A stretch of DNA of 64,000 bases from Chiloscyllium plagiosum (Eukaryota): the NCBI RefSeq assembly GCF_004010195.1, contig NC_057719.1, positions 58,091,823 through 58,155,822 of the forward strand, read 5' to 3'. The translations under genes and the position numbers were made by a program. Below the pieces are notes generated by a model, which was not told the origin of the DNA, searched no databases, and saw only the letters and a program-made list of their open reading frames with translations. Positions 50,541 through 63,779 of this stretch are shown piece by piece; the stretch's first letter is position 1; each line of letters begins with the position of its first letter.

Positions 50541-51779
50541 TATTTTGTGCTCAGCAAAGCAAATAAGAAGCACAAAAGCAACTTAGTCTTCTATGTATAA
50601 TCATTGCAACCAAAAACAGGGTGCTTATATACTTCATTCATTATATATATATAGGACACATATATTAAAGTAGATTGAATGATGGAACAGGAAACTCTGG
50701 ATTTACATTCATCATTTCTACATTTCTAAACTTGTTAATGGTGTTCTATGAAGAATACCATACCTTAATAAGGCAGATTCTTTACAAAATATATGTCTTG
50801 ATTCGTCTTGAACACCTTTTCATGGAGTTCTCCTTAAATGAGCTTCATCTTGCATCATCATTACTAATTATTGCTATTACAGTGCAGTTCCACTTCATGC
50901 ATTAGAAAGTTACATTTTAGACAGTAAATGAGAGAACCAGAATTGGGCTAAAAAGAAAGTTAAGAAATAATTAAGATTACTGAGCAACAGTACACAGTTA
51001 TATCTGTAATTTAATATAACCGTAAAATTATTTTTATCCAATTAGATTAAATTAAATATCTATTTTACATACACAGAACACGAGTAGTGAGGCATCACTT
51101 CGTTGTCAACTAGGTCAACAAAATAATTTATTTTTGTTTATTCAGTTACTGTTTTTTCAGTCAATATGAATATCAGACAGTCATTTCAAAAAAAACACAG
51201 ATCAACTTGGGCTGATTTACCCACAAACGAAACAGTTTAGAAGTCAAATTAACATAAAAGACAATCATTTGTTGTCTTGACTGCTTGATTTAGGAGGAAA
51301 AGCAGACTACTTCTTAGTGGTAACCATAGTTTAAATAAAAGGAGGAAGTACTAGTTAATTGGGTTTGGTCTGAATAAATGTTTCTGCGTACAAATCTAAA
51401 GCATATTATTTGGATTCCGGTTTAAGTTTCTGTATTTCCTGAACCCAGACGTTTCCTATGGTCATCTATTTTTGGTAACCACTAAATGATCAGTGGAAGA
51501 AATTATTCAATGCGAATGCTTGTAATCACTTTAACCATCATTTATGTATCACTCTGCATTCTTTTTTAAAAATTGTATTAAGAGTTTGTCTATGAATAGT
51601 TATTGAATTCGGTAATTCAGCAGTAAAATGAAATTGAAGAATATTTAATAAAGACAGTCAAAAACAGACTGGGTGACCAGAATGAGGGACCTCCGTTTAG
51701 TTTACAAGTGCAGCAGCAAGCTTCTGTCTATTTCATTGACCACTTAGCTGTCAATCTGGCTTCTCCATCCTCAACCTCC

Positions 51780-52245
51780 CAATAGTATTCCAACAAAGTT
51801 GGAATGTGACCTCAAGGAACAGAACCTCATCTTCTACATTATGCACTTTACTGCCTTTCAGAATAGGAAAGTTTAACAATTTCATATCACAATCTCTGCC
51901 CCCATTTCATTTCCTTTTTCTTTATTGGGTTATTTTTGTGACTTTTTTTTCAGTTCTACTTCTATTTTGCTTTCAGCTGATAGCTGGGTGTGATCTTGCC
52001 ATTCACAACATCTCCACTGTATCTTTTGCACCTTTAAATGTCCCTTACCATTTTCTCGTCTTCAGTCCAAGAATCATTTTGCCAATTAATCTAACCTGTC
52101 TTTCTTTTTCTCACCCACCCTTTTCTCACTTATTGAAATCCTAGATTTCTTACTTTTCTCAATTCAGAACTTTCAGTTAATTCCATTTCTCTTTATACTT
52201 ATACAGCAAAACCTGCCATTTGAGCATTTTCTATTTTTAATTCAT
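51780..52245 (+). mobile_element. Old PLE 3'-end remnant
   Basis: CTCAAGGAACAGAACCTCATCTTC (KLEEQHLIF-like)...TTTAACAATTTC, then a pyrimidine-rich UTR. Confidence 0.55.
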
Positions 52246-53779
52246 CCACCAAATTTTGATCTTCTATTGTTCTATATCGGGCTATGATGAGAAAGTGAGG
52301 AAAATGGCTGAGTTTTGGATTGATCTAACAAAGGCTCAGCATAGACACAATTGGTTTAGTTTTTCAAAGGAACCAAAATTAACAATTGTATACATTATAA
52401 CAGTTCTGATATGTGTATAAGGACCAGGTGACTAGAGGTTGGTTGTTTATCCTCTTTTCTCACAACTATGTTCTGTGCTCTCTGCTCAAATCCAAATTCA
52501 AATATTCACACTAAAAGACTGCATCAACGGACCCCTCACTATTTGGATTGTATGTTCTAAAAGACAGCTGATGTGCTCATATTTGGCCCAGATTCTTCTT
52601 AGCCACTGTGATAATCAAGGCGAGTAATGTTTAAGGATCCAATAATTAACTCCTGAATGGTCCATTCTCCACCTTGGTGAGACAGGAAGGAGCTATACAC
52701 ACCTCCGGGTGGCTGTCTTGTGCTGTAATTTAACTGTGGATGATCATATTCTACCATACTAGATTATGACCTTGATCCACATGTCAATGATCATCTGGTC
52801 TTTTTCTTCTAGTGGTCCCAGGGGTGTCTTCTCTTCTCTTCTCAGTGATTGGTCTCGAGTTACTGCTCCTGAGGGTGGTGCTGCGGTGATTCTTATACTT
52901 CGAAGATTTCGCGCCCTTTTATGAGGGTCTTTGATGTCCACCAATAGATTGATCAGGGCTCGATTACACTGATTGATCCGTCCCAACCAGGCATTAGTAT
53001 GCCGATGGCAGGGTGGCCGTTGGGCATCCACTCCTAGAGGTGTTGGGAGCATGCAGGTCAGGTCGCCTTCTCCAAATTAAGGTATGAGGTGTCCCTGTGT
53101 CTGGTAAACAACTCGATGTTTCCAATTGTCCGGAGGATAGCATCCAGGTCAATTCCATTCAATCCAACTTCAATTGTATATTGTATTGTCTGCAGCTGCT
53201 GAGTCAATTGCATACTATCTGTTGTAGTTGCAGCCTGTCTGGATTCTGCAGCTTGTTTATTTCAGAATCTTTGAGTACACAGTCACTTTGGCTGAGGCTT
53301 GCCTCAATTTTACCTCAGTTCCTTTTTTCAAAAATCCATAATTTTGAGCGGCCTGTCCAGTCACAGCTGGTTGTTAGGGCATTGAAGGGACAAATAAGTA
53401 AAGCATGTGTTTACAAACTCCAGTTACATTTCATCTGCAAATATTTCTCTGCACATATACAATGCATGCAGAGTGAATGTGTTGATGGGTCAATTGCTGT
53501 TTAAAGGCAGATTGCACCATTCTATTGGTGCAGCTAAACTAACACGGTCATCTCAGTGATACAGATGTTAGTAGAAATAACTTAAAAGGAGGGAAATGCT
53601 GGCCAAAAGCATCCCTTTATTTGGAACCTCCAAGGGTACTGAGAAAAAAGAACATGTCATGAATGATTGTAATGAAAAGTGGAATGGTCAAAGAGTGTTT
53701 TGGATTATATGGGGGTTGGAACACAGCAGGGACTCCTTTTGAATGTAAATTGTTGATCATTCAGCTCAAGTGGCACCTT

Positions 53780-53960
53780 TGGTAGTTGATGCACATGCTC
53801 CAACCAGGGACATGGTGGTGCAGATGAAAGGGCAGCTGGATATCTGATTTTACAGTTTACAGTGGTCTGGGGGCCCGTCCAGTATAGTCTAGACAGAGCG
53901 CCACACCATTTTACCATACTGTATTCTGTATAGTGACAGAAGGCAACAAGGCAATGTGAC
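53780..53960 (+). pseudogene. PIF/Harbinger transposase C-terminal fossil
   Basis: DAHAPTRDMVVQMKGQLDI*FYSLQWSGG(fs)QYSLDRA resembles the Harbinger C-terminal pattern AH..TR..VE..IG.LK.RFRCLD.SGG.LQY. Confidence 0.55.
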
Positions 53961-55267
53961 AATGACAAGATGCAGGTTACCACTGGACATTGGGAAGAAT
54001 ATTGCGAACTCAAGAGAAGGTTCTCAGATGGGATGTATATAAGGACAAGAAAATTATGTGGTCTGGTGGTTAAACAGCAACAAGGGTTAGAGAATGGAGT
54101 TGCACATGTGAGGGTGAATCAGCCATGCGCACTGTGCGCCTTGGGCAATATGGCTTTATCTGCTGTGCCATTACACTGCCTGTGTGAGGCAGTACCAAAT
54201 TGACAACACTTGTTGGGGTGCACAACAAAATACTCATGATGCAGCAATGTTCCCCTTGTTCCACAGCATCCTCAGACATTCTGTAAATAATGGGTTGCTT
54301 TTTCCCTGCATTTGCCTACTTTTCAGCTTTGCATCACAAATAAGAATGCTAATTTACCCAGCACCCAATGGCACAAAAGCATATTTGTTCTGCATGCACT
54401 GCATACAAAGTAGCTGGAGTTTGTAAATCAAGGTGTTTGCCCCTTTATATCCTCATGTCCAAAGATCTGAATTAATGGGTAAACAATGGCCTCTCAAAGA
54501 TGACATGTGTACAAGGAATGCCAATCTTTTGATGTACATCTGAGTGGCAAGTTGTTTTGGGAACGAGGTATGCTAAGATGGGAATAGAATTGGATGTTAT
54601 GAACACACGGGGTGGGGTAAAATATGGTGAGAAATCTTGATAGACTACATAGCAAGAATCCATATAAAACACTTGGCATAACTCAGATTGAGCAAAAAAT
54701 ACACAAGAGTCAGCCCATTGTCTTTGTTGTGGTCTCTATCAATTTTGTGCTTCCAGGGGAAATGTGTACACAAGTCAGAACACAATGCAGGACAATATAA
54801 AGTAGCCATTCATAAACAGAGGAAATATTCATATGTTAAATCTTTAAAATTATATCCCTATATGGATTCATGTTCATAGGGTGGATATTTGTAATTTGGT
54901 GAGCCCTTGTAATATCATTTTTACTGGAAGAAAGCATTGATACCTAGAATGTGAAATTCACTAGTTAGATATGATCATCATATCAAAAGGTTTAGAACCC
55001 AATTTTACAATATACTAAGAAAAATAATGGGTATACCTGATTTCTAAATAGGGATTTTGTACACAGAAATAACAAAAAAGATAAATGAATCATACCATAC
55101 CAGTAATAATGGTTCTTCAATTAAAAAACCTTTTCCTTTAGCAGAGGGATCAATAACCAGAGGGCATAGATTTAAAAGAAAGGATGGGAGATTTACAGGC
55201 ATTTAAGGAAGAATTATTTGATCCAGAGGGTGGTGAGTAACTGAAAATAGGGCTACAGTAAACAGTT

Positions 55268-55842
55268 ATAGAGTCATAGAGATGTACAGCACAGAAACAG
55301 ACCCTTCAGTTCAACTTGTAGATGCCGACCAGACATCCCAACCCAATCTAGTGCCATCTACCAGCACCTAACACATATCCCTCCAAACCCTTCCTATTCA
55401 TATACCCATGCAGATGCCTTTTAAATGTAGCAATAGTACTAGCCTCCACCACTTCCTCTGGCAACACATTCCATACATCTACCACCCTCTGCGTGAAAAA
55501 GTTGCCCTTTAGGTTTCTTTTATATCTTTCCCCTCTCACACTAAACCAATGCACTCTAGTTCTGGACTCCCCTACCCCCAGGAAAAGACTTTGTTTATTT
55601 ATCCTATCGATGTCCCTCATGATTTTATAAACCTCTATAAGGTCACCCCTCAGCCTCCGGCGCTCCAGGGAAAACAGCCCTAGCCTATTCAGCCTCTCCC
55701 TATAGCTCAAATCTTCCCACCCTGGCAACATCCTTGTAAATCTTTTCTGAACCCTTTCAAGTTTCACAATATCTTTCCAATAGGAAGGGGACCAGAACTG
55801 CACGTAATATTCCAATAGTGGTCTAACTAATGTCCTGTACAG
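55268..55842 (-). mobile_element. 5'-truncated CR1 LINE
   Basis: LYRTLVRPLLEYYVQFWSP...; CTCTATGA tail. Confidence 0.93.
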
Positions 55843-55914
55843 ATAGGTGCTTCCTGACCAGTATGGACACAATGGACCAACGAGCATATTTCCATGCTGC
55901 AGAACTCTATAATC

Positions 55915-56510
55915 TATGATGATATATGTGCAACTGCATCAATGTAAGCATCTGGCAGTCTGTTTACGGGCTGTTGGTTTAGTTGCTTAATGTTTGGAGC
56001 AGAAAAAGGGAGAAGAGAATCCAGAGATTTTGACATACATTGTAGCCATAACTTCAGGGAGTGCATCAACAACTCCAAACTTAACGCAGCACATGATCTT
56101 ATATGTTTTGTGTGGATTGGTCAGGGACAGAGCATTTGTCCATCGAATCGAGAAGGTAATAGAAACTCCTACTTCTGGGAACATTCACATCCACAGGACC
56201 TCAGAAATTTGCCATTATTTTCAGTATCAATGAATCCAAGAGAACGAGAAGTAACAAGATGGTGGTGGGAGTACGGGTCAAGGTTTAATGGCCTGGGCAG
56301 TAACAATTTAAGGACAGCACTTGGAAACAAGTTTGGGAAGCATCCCCATCAGTTCAAAATGGTCATACTTTTAGAATGAAGGTGAAGATCATTCATGGAA
56401 TGTGTTTTTCACAGCTCTCATGAGTCCGATGGATTGATACATTGTTACTGCCTGGCACCTGGCTGAAAGGTAGCAGGTACCTGGGTATACATGTGCATGA
56501 CAATGACTTC
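55915..56510 (+). mobile_element. Possible very old CR1 ORF1 remnant
   Basis: Faint echoes of the zinc finger (ATATGTGCAACTGC), CLPG-like (TACTGCCTGGCACC) and VHV..ND-like (CATGTGCATGACAATGAC) motifs in ORF1 order. Confidence 0.35.
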
Positions 56511-57754
56511 CCAATTCTTTATATGAATATTAAAAATATAACATTATCAACTTACAAAGGGGCCATGACAGCATCATTGCTTTAAGCATTCTGCGGGGCC
56601 CAGAAATCCGACTGTCATAACCAAGCACCATTCTGCAACAGTTTAGAGCTTTCAGGCACAGGTGGATATCTAAATATGTCATGACACAATCACTAGTCTT
56701 TGCAATAAAAATTAATAAACCTCCCCCTGGTTTTGCAAATTGTGGCAGTAAAGACAAAGGTGATCATGAACAGCTCCCTCTCAATAACTTCCCAGCATAT
56801 CTCTCAGAACATCTAAGGGGTTCAATAACAGCATGCCCAGAAGCAGTAGGAATCAAACTGTGGAAATTTACAAGGTTGCAAGAGACAGCATGTGGAATCC
56901 TTGCTATGCAAGGAGCTCAAAAATAAATCACAGGGGCTTCATGGCAGAAGGCCGAAGCTGAGACTCATTTGAGGGCGTAAATAGACTGGGAATCACTTAC
57001 TTGCAAGAGAGATCTGGAGACTGACATCCTGCTAATGTTTGCCTTGATTCAATGCCAAGTGCTTCCTTCTCTTAAAGGTGCTGTTTTTGTACCTGTTGAT
57101 GGCCAGGCATTGTCCACAATGTGAAGCTACCTGATAACCCTCCCTACCGACCACAATGATTGGACATCCCAACACTGGAGCCCATTCACAAACGAACAGA
57201 GCACTTGAATGCAGTTTCTTAATGGCTGCCTCCAGGAAGCCTGTCTTTGTTATTCCACCATAACTATTTGCAGGTTTCTGATTAAGATCATATCCTGTCA
57301 TCAGTATTGCAACCACCCTGGAAAATTAGATTAGATTAGATTAGATTACATTACAGTGTGGAATTAATCCCTGGTTACTAAAAATGAAGCTGACTGTCAA
57401 ATTAGTGTGGTCATTTTATGGAGCATTCCAATCACGATGCAGCTCTCCATGACAGTATTGAGAAAAACTTTGTTCAGCATCAATAACACTGCCAGCTCTA
57501 CCAATGATCATGGAACTAATTACTTGCATCAAACCTTTTTTTTAAAAAACATCAGCATCTAACAACTGAATCTATGATCGTTTCCTGATAAATAAAACAA
57601 GGTTTCATTTTCTGTTCTTTTAATGCCTACTGTCACTTTATTTCCTTCTTCCTCATACAATAAATACTCTCAGAACCAAAGAGCACAAATACCATTTTGC
57701 AATGTAATTTGCTGCATATAACTCAGCAGGACCCCACAGACACGAAATTGGAGG

Positions 57755-60039
57755 AAGAACAATTTTGACAGCATTAGGCAAGAACTTTCAAAAGTTGATG
57801 GGGGTGTTGTTTGCGGATGTTTGCAGGTAAAGTGATGGCTCGAATATGGCAAGCCTTCAAAAATGAGAGAATGAGAGTCAGGGACAGTATGTATCTGTTA
57901 AGGTGAAGGGCAAGGCTGGTACATGTAGGGAATGCTGAATGACAGCAGAAATTGAAGTTTTGGTCAAGAAAAAGAAGGAAGCATATGTCAGGTATAGACA
58001 GCAGAGATCAAGTGAATCCTTAGAATTGTGCAAAGGCAGGAGGAGTATACTTAAGAGGGAAATCAGGAGGGCAAAAAGGAAATATCAGATGGCTTTAGCA
58101 AATAGGGTTAAGGAGAATCCAAATGGATGTTATAAATACATTAAGGACAAAAGGGTAACCAGTGAGAGAATAAGGCCCCTTAAAGATCAGCAAGGCAGTC
58201 TATGTGTGGAACCACAGGAGATAGGGGAGATACTAAACAAGCATTTTGCATCAGTGTTTATTGTGGAGAAAGGTATGGAAGCGATAGAACACGGGCAAAT
58301 AAATGGTGACATCTGGAAAAATGTCCATATTACAGAGGAGGTGGTGATAGATGTCTTAAAACACAAAAGTGAATAAGTCCCAGGGATCTGATCAAATGTA
58401 CCCTCTAACTCTGTGGGAAGCTATGGAAGTGATTGCTGGGCTCCTTTCTGAGATATTTGTATCATCGATAGTCACAGGCGAGGTGCCCAAAGACTGGAGG
58501 TTGGCTAACGTGGTGCCACTATCTAAGAAAGGTGGCAAGGAAAAGCTAGGAAACTATAGAACAGTGAGCCTTACATTAAGAATCCTGAGGGACAGGAATT
58601 ACATGTTTTTGAAAGACAAGGACTAATTAGGGATAGTCAACATGGCTTTGTGTAGGAAGTGACGTCTCACTAATTTGATTGAAATTTGTGAAGAAGTAAT
58701 GAAGACAACTGATGAGGGCAGAGTGGTAGACATGATCTATGTGGACTTCAATAAGGCGTTCAACAAGGTTCCTCATGGTAGACTGGTCAGCAAGGTTAGA
58801 TCACATGGAATACAGGGAGAACTAGTCATATACATATAGAACTGGCTCAAAAATAGAAGACAGAGAATGGTGGTGGGTTGCTTTCCAGACTGGAGGCCTG
58901 TGACCAGTGGGGTTCCACAAAGATTGGTGCTGGGTCCATTGCTTTTTTGTCATTTATATAAATGATTTGGGTTTGAGCATAAGAGGTATAATTAGTAATT
59001 TTGCAGATGACATCAAAATTTGAGGTGTAATGGATAGTGAACAAGGTTGCCTCAGATTACAATGGCATCTTGGTCAGATGGGTTAATAGGCCAAGGAGTG
59101 GCAGATGGAGTTTAATTTATATAAATGTGGGGTGCTGTATTTTGGAAAGGCAAATCAGGGCAGGACTTATACACTTAATGGTAAGGTCTTGGGGAGTGTT
59201 ACTGAACAAAGAGACATTGGAATGTAAGGTTCATAATTCTTTGAAATTAGAGTTGCAGGTAGGTAGGATAGTGAAGAAGGAGAAAGTGGCCTCATTTCTG
59301 ATTAAGGTCTTTTGCCCGAAACATCGACTTTCCTGCTCCTTGGATGCTGCGTGACCTACTGTGCTTTTCCAGCACCACACTCTTGACTAGTGAAGAAGGT
59401 GTTTGGTATGCTTGCCTTTATTGGTCAGTGCATTGAGTATACGAGTTGGGAGATCATGTTGCGGCTGTACAGAATGTTGGCTAGGCCACTGTTGAAATAT
59501 TGCTTACAATTCTGGTCTGCTTCCTATTCAGAAGGACGCTGTGAAACTTGCAAGGGTTCAGAAATGATTTACAAGGATGTTGCCAGGGTTGGAGGATTTG
59601 AGATTGGGAGAGGCTGAACAGGCTGGGGCTATTTTCCCTGGAGCGCAGAGGCTCCAATTATAGACGTTTATAAAATCACGAGGGACATGGAGTCGATAAA
59701 TAGACAAGGATATTTTTCCTGGAATAGGAGAGTCCAGAACCAGAGGGTATAGGTTTAGGGTGAGAGGGGAATTATATAAAAGGGACCTAAGCGGCAACTT
59801 TTTCTGGCAGAGGATGGTGTGTTTATGGAATGGGTTGCCAGAGGAAGTGGTGGAGGCTAGTACAACTGCAACATTTAAACGGCATCTGGATGAGTATATG
59901 AATAGGAAAGGTTTATTAGAGGCATATGGGCCAAATGCTGGCAAATGGGACTAGATTTATCAAGGATATCTGGTCGGCATAGACGAGTTGGACTGAAGGG
60001 TCTGTTTTCATGCTGTACAGCTGTGAGACTCTATAACTC
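57755..60039 (+). mobile_element. CR1 ORF2 (about 2.3 kb) hosting a PLE mini-element
   Basis: Homologous to 2630-5940; WRLANVVPL, NYRTVSLT, DFNKAFNKV, FADD motifs. Confidence 0.93.
59281..59387 (+). mobile_element. 107-bp PLE mini-element with mutated hammerhead
   Basis: 12-bp TSD TAGTGAAGAAGG (59269-59280, 59388-59399); CTGATTA..GGTCTTTTGCCCGAAACATC. Confidence 0.85.
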
Positions 60040-60168
60040 AATAACAGCTTGATGTGGAATAAAAAAATGGATAAAACCAAATAATATTGTGAATAATCAT
60101 ATGTTTTCTTTCTCTCCACTTCTCACTTTGACATATTAAATTTAGTTAGGGGATTGATCAAACCATCT

Positions 60169-60550
60169 CCAGTTTAGATCAGAGTGGTGCTGGAAAAGCA
60201 CAGCAGGTCAGGCAGCATCCGAGGAGCAGGAAAACCGACGTTTCAGGAATAAGCCCTTCATCAGGAATGGAGGCAGGGAGCCTCCAGGGTGGAGAGATAA
60301 ATAGGGGTGGGGGGGGATGCTGGGGAGAAGGTAGTATCGGTGAATGGGAATGGGAATGGAGGTGATAGGTCAGAGGGGAGGGTGGAGCGGAAAGGTGGGA
60401 AGGGAGATTAGCAGGTTGGACAGGTCATGGGGACAGTGCTGAGCTGGAAGGTTGGAACTGGGGTAAGGTGGGGGAGGGGAAATAAAGAAACTGGTGAAGT
60501 CGACATTGATGCCCTGGGGCTGAAGTGTTCCGAGGTGGAAGATGAGGCGT
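60169..60550 (-). mobile_element. 5'-truncated PLE (ORF C-terminus, UTR, hammerhead tail)
   Basis: ERLIFHLGTLQPQGINVDFTSF; hammerhead at 60237-60264; 11-bp TSD TCAAACCATCT (60158-60168, 60551-60561). Confidence 0.9.
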
Positions 60551-60664
60551 TCAAACCATCTAGTCCAGATCTGTTTTGTGTTCTTCCCTCTCACCTAGCA
60601 ATTTTCCTCTTAAAGTAATACTACAAAATCCAGCCATTTGTTAAAATTACTAATGCCAAATCTA

Positions 60665-60971
60665 CAGGCTAAGATAAAAGGTAGGGAGGAGGGACTGGGG
60701 GGAGGGGAGTTGGAAATGCGATAGGTGGAAGGAGGTCAAGGTGAGGGTGACCTTGACCTCCTTCCACCTATCGTATTTCCAACTCCCCTCCCCCAAGTCC
60801 CTCCTCCTTTTTATCTTAGCCTGCTGAACACACTTTCCTCATTCCTGAAGAAGGGTTCATGCCCAAAACGTCGATTCTCCTGCTCCTTGGAAGCTGCCTA
60901 ACCTGCTGCGCTTTTCCAGCAACACATTTTCAGCTCTGATCTCCAGCATCTGCAGTCCTCACTTTCTCCTC
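60665..60971 (+). mobile_element. PLE terminal element with about 75-bp 5' inversion (fold-back)
   Basis: 15-bp TSD CTAATGCCAAATCTA (60650-60664, 60972-60986); arms 60665-60742 and 60750-60823; hammerhead at 60845-60872 with GAAA mutated to AAAA. Confidence 0.92.
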
Positions 60972-61499
60972 CTAATGCCAAATCTAACCTGGATATCAAA
61001 ACTCACTTTTAATATATTTTCTGATTCCTTCTCTTGAGTTTCAACCTAATTGTACATCATTTGTACACCACTTCATTATTTTCCTTTATTTACTGAGCTC
61101 CACTTTTTAGATAGGTCTTCATAGCGATACTAAATGTGGACTAATAGTCTAACGGTGTGTTCCATCTGCAGTGCACTGTTTTGTAGTGAAAATACAAATG
61201 ATAGCAATTATACAGGTGCTTTTGAATTCTTCTTTTGAATTCAGCTAGGATTAATTCTGTAGCAAAAGTCCAACATAAAAAGCATTTGAATGCCTTTGAT
61301 TATCTATTTAAATAAACTTGATTTGTAGTATAAATCCAATGTGTCATGCATCCAAGTTTAAATCTGCAAGAATTGTACTCAAAGCAGAGTTCCTTTATAA
61401 ATGTTTTAACTCTGGCCATTGAACAAAGTGAAAATGATGAGGACCAGTGATATTCTATACATCTCGTTTTATTTATTTCAATTTGTTTATACTGCATAG

Positions 61500-61699
61500 A
61501 AGAATAAAGAATCAAATAACATTGCGCTATACCACAAAGTCTTGACAGACCAATTAAGGGCTCATGCAAGCCAGCTTACAGCACAATGTTGCAATTCATA
61601 TATGGAAGAACAAAAACTGCGTGAAGAATGGAAGAAAATTGAAAATTCAAGAAGCAGTTACTCCACCAATATGTTACTTACACGTTTATGTCAATTCAG
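61500..61699 (+). CDS. Candidate coding exon, unidentified product
   Basis: T-rich tract plus CATAG acceptor, AG|GTACTG donor; open frame KNKESNNIALYHKVLTDQLRAH...EEQKLREEWKKIE...LCQF; no recognised homology. Confidence 0.25.
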
Positions 61700-62411
61700 G
61701 TACTGGAATATGTCAAGTTTTCTTCAGACAAACAGATTTCTTTGCCAGAATGTCCTTTTCCCACCACAAGGCTGCCTGACCCATAAAACCTACTATGAGC
61801 TGTATCTGTCTCGCCATTCCTTCCCAACATTATATCTTTTCAAAAAAAGAGGGAGGGAGGGAATTACTTTCCTGTTTCATCCCCCTCATTTGATTATAAC
61901 AGGTTCATTTAAAATATAGAAGATGGACTTGTTACTCAAGTGTATACACTTACATGTTTATATGGCTATTATAAAGAATTAGTCAAACAGGTCAAATAGT
62001 TTTGAAACAAAAAAGGAATCAAGTTCATTGTTTTGAAACTGACCTGGGTAAAAACATAAAGTTGTTGTTGCCAATGTATTGTGGGTCTACCTACAGCGTA
62101 TGGATCTCAATGGTTCATTGCCAACTTTTCAAGGGCAACCAGTGATGGCCTGACCCAGCCCAGCACATCAATTAAAGTCTCGAAACACAATGCATACACT
62201 CAAAATCCATGCAGACAATTGCAGATTAAAAATAGTGGCAAGTAGGTTTGGATAAATATTAAAGGTTTCAGAAATTCACAGTTGATGGCTTTATCCTGGG
62301 TTTCAAATGCTTTTTTGGTTCTTTGGTACAACATTGTTTTAGTCTGTACTCCTGTTCGGCAAAAGGTCCTTGAAGTATTTTGCACATTTATACATTCAGT
62401 GAAACTATCCA

Positions 62412-62743
62412 TGGTTAGCACTGCTGCCTCAGTGCCAGGGACCTGGGTTCAATTCTAGCCTTGGGTGACTGTCTGTGTGGAGTTTGCACATTCTCCCCGT
62501 GTCTGCATGGATTTTCTCCTAGTGTTCCAGTTTCCTTCCACAGTCCAAAGATGTGCAGGTTAAGTGTATTGGCCATGCTAAATTGCTCATACTTCAGGGG
62601 TGTGCAGGTCAGGTGCATTAGTCAGGGGAAATGTAGAATAATAGGGTAGGAGAATGGGTCTGGTTGGGATACTCTTTGGAGGTTCAGTGACTTGCTGTGC
62701 AAGATGGGCTGTTTCCACACAGTAGGGATTCTATCTATTCTAT
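62412..62743 (+). mobile_element. HE1-type V-SINE, slightly 5'-clipped
   Basis: TGGTTAGCACTGCTGCCTCAG..GGGTTCAATTC, V-domain, TTCTAT tail. Confidence 0.9.
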
Positions 62744-62949
62744 AGTCACTGCTTCAAAACAGGTAATTGCTTTTGAATATCACCTCAAAGATCTGGCAAG
62801 TTTTAGAGTGGTGTATATAGATAGATGTGGTTTTTCACATTCCCTAAACATCTAACTTTCTGTTTTCATCCCATTTGGGGGAATGCAAATTCACAACATA
62901 GCAAATGCTAAGCAATTTATTTTCTCCCCATGAAGAAAAACAGTAAATG

Positions 62950-63080
62950 TAGCATTGTGGATCTATCCATCTACAGCATATATGTTGCAACAGTTCAAGA
63001 GGCCAGCACATCTACAACTCTCAAGAGTAATTAGGAATAGGTAATAAATGTTGGAGTAATCAGAAACAACCACATCCAAA
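62950..63080 (+). mobile_element. 3' end of the second CR1-clade LINE family
   Basis: CAGTTCAAGAGGCCAGCAC..TCTCAAGAGTAATTAGG..AATAAATG..CCACATCC. Confidence 0.6.
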
Positions 63081-63779
63081 TGACTGAATCTTAAAATCCT
63101 GACATTCTGTTTGCAAAGGTAGCTGGAATATCCTTTCCTTGCTGGAAACATTGCTGTTTAGGTTTGGTAGCCTGAAGTTTTGAAGCAAATTGGTTCACCA
63201 GAAACTTTGACAGATGTTGTGGAAATATAGGGATAATATAAAGCATCATTTGCAATTCAACAACTTGGCCCAATTATGACCATCTCTTCCATTCATTAGA
63301 CATGACCATAGTTGTTAAGCTGCTGACATTGTTGGTATCACTAATGTTCTTGATCCCAAATCCCAACACCATTGCTGAAGCTTCTTCTAAGTCATTCAAT
63401 TACTTCTTTTGTAACAAACACGTCTTTCACCCTCAACAATTCTAAAGTCTCCATAAAATCCAACTCCATTCAACTTATATTCCCATACCTGGGAAAACTT
63501 TTGTAATATTCCTTTTTTACAGGTTTTCACAAAATACAAAGAACATCAGATGATCTGGTATACAATTTTAATTAATCTCTAATCTTCAACTTTCTGATCA
63601 TAATCTATTTCATGGGTATTCCTAGCATCAGTAGCCCTTTGGAGTTTCTCTTCTGTCCCTTCTGGCCACATAATACATCTACTTACACATTTTCTTCTCC
63701 TTGCATCCTAATAATATTGACATTGTCAACTGCATTGTTTTCAAGAGTAATTTATCCTTTCACAAGTCAAAGAACAGTG

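Noticed and set aside
55990..56379. 129-aa ORF as a gene or gag
   Set aside because: No convincing domain; surrounding motifs fit a decayed CR1 ORF1 better.
57325..57363. (TTAGA)n as telomere-like repeat
   Set aside because: Followed by TTACAGTGTGGAA, the extreme 3' tail of an HE1/CR1-type element as at 30162-30190.
27597..60971. CRISPR-like or retron-like prokaryotic system from the recurring short palindromic repeat
   Set aside because: Copies are dispersed, TSD-flanked and tied to PLE ORF ends in vertebrate DNA; no spacer array, cas genes or operon structure.
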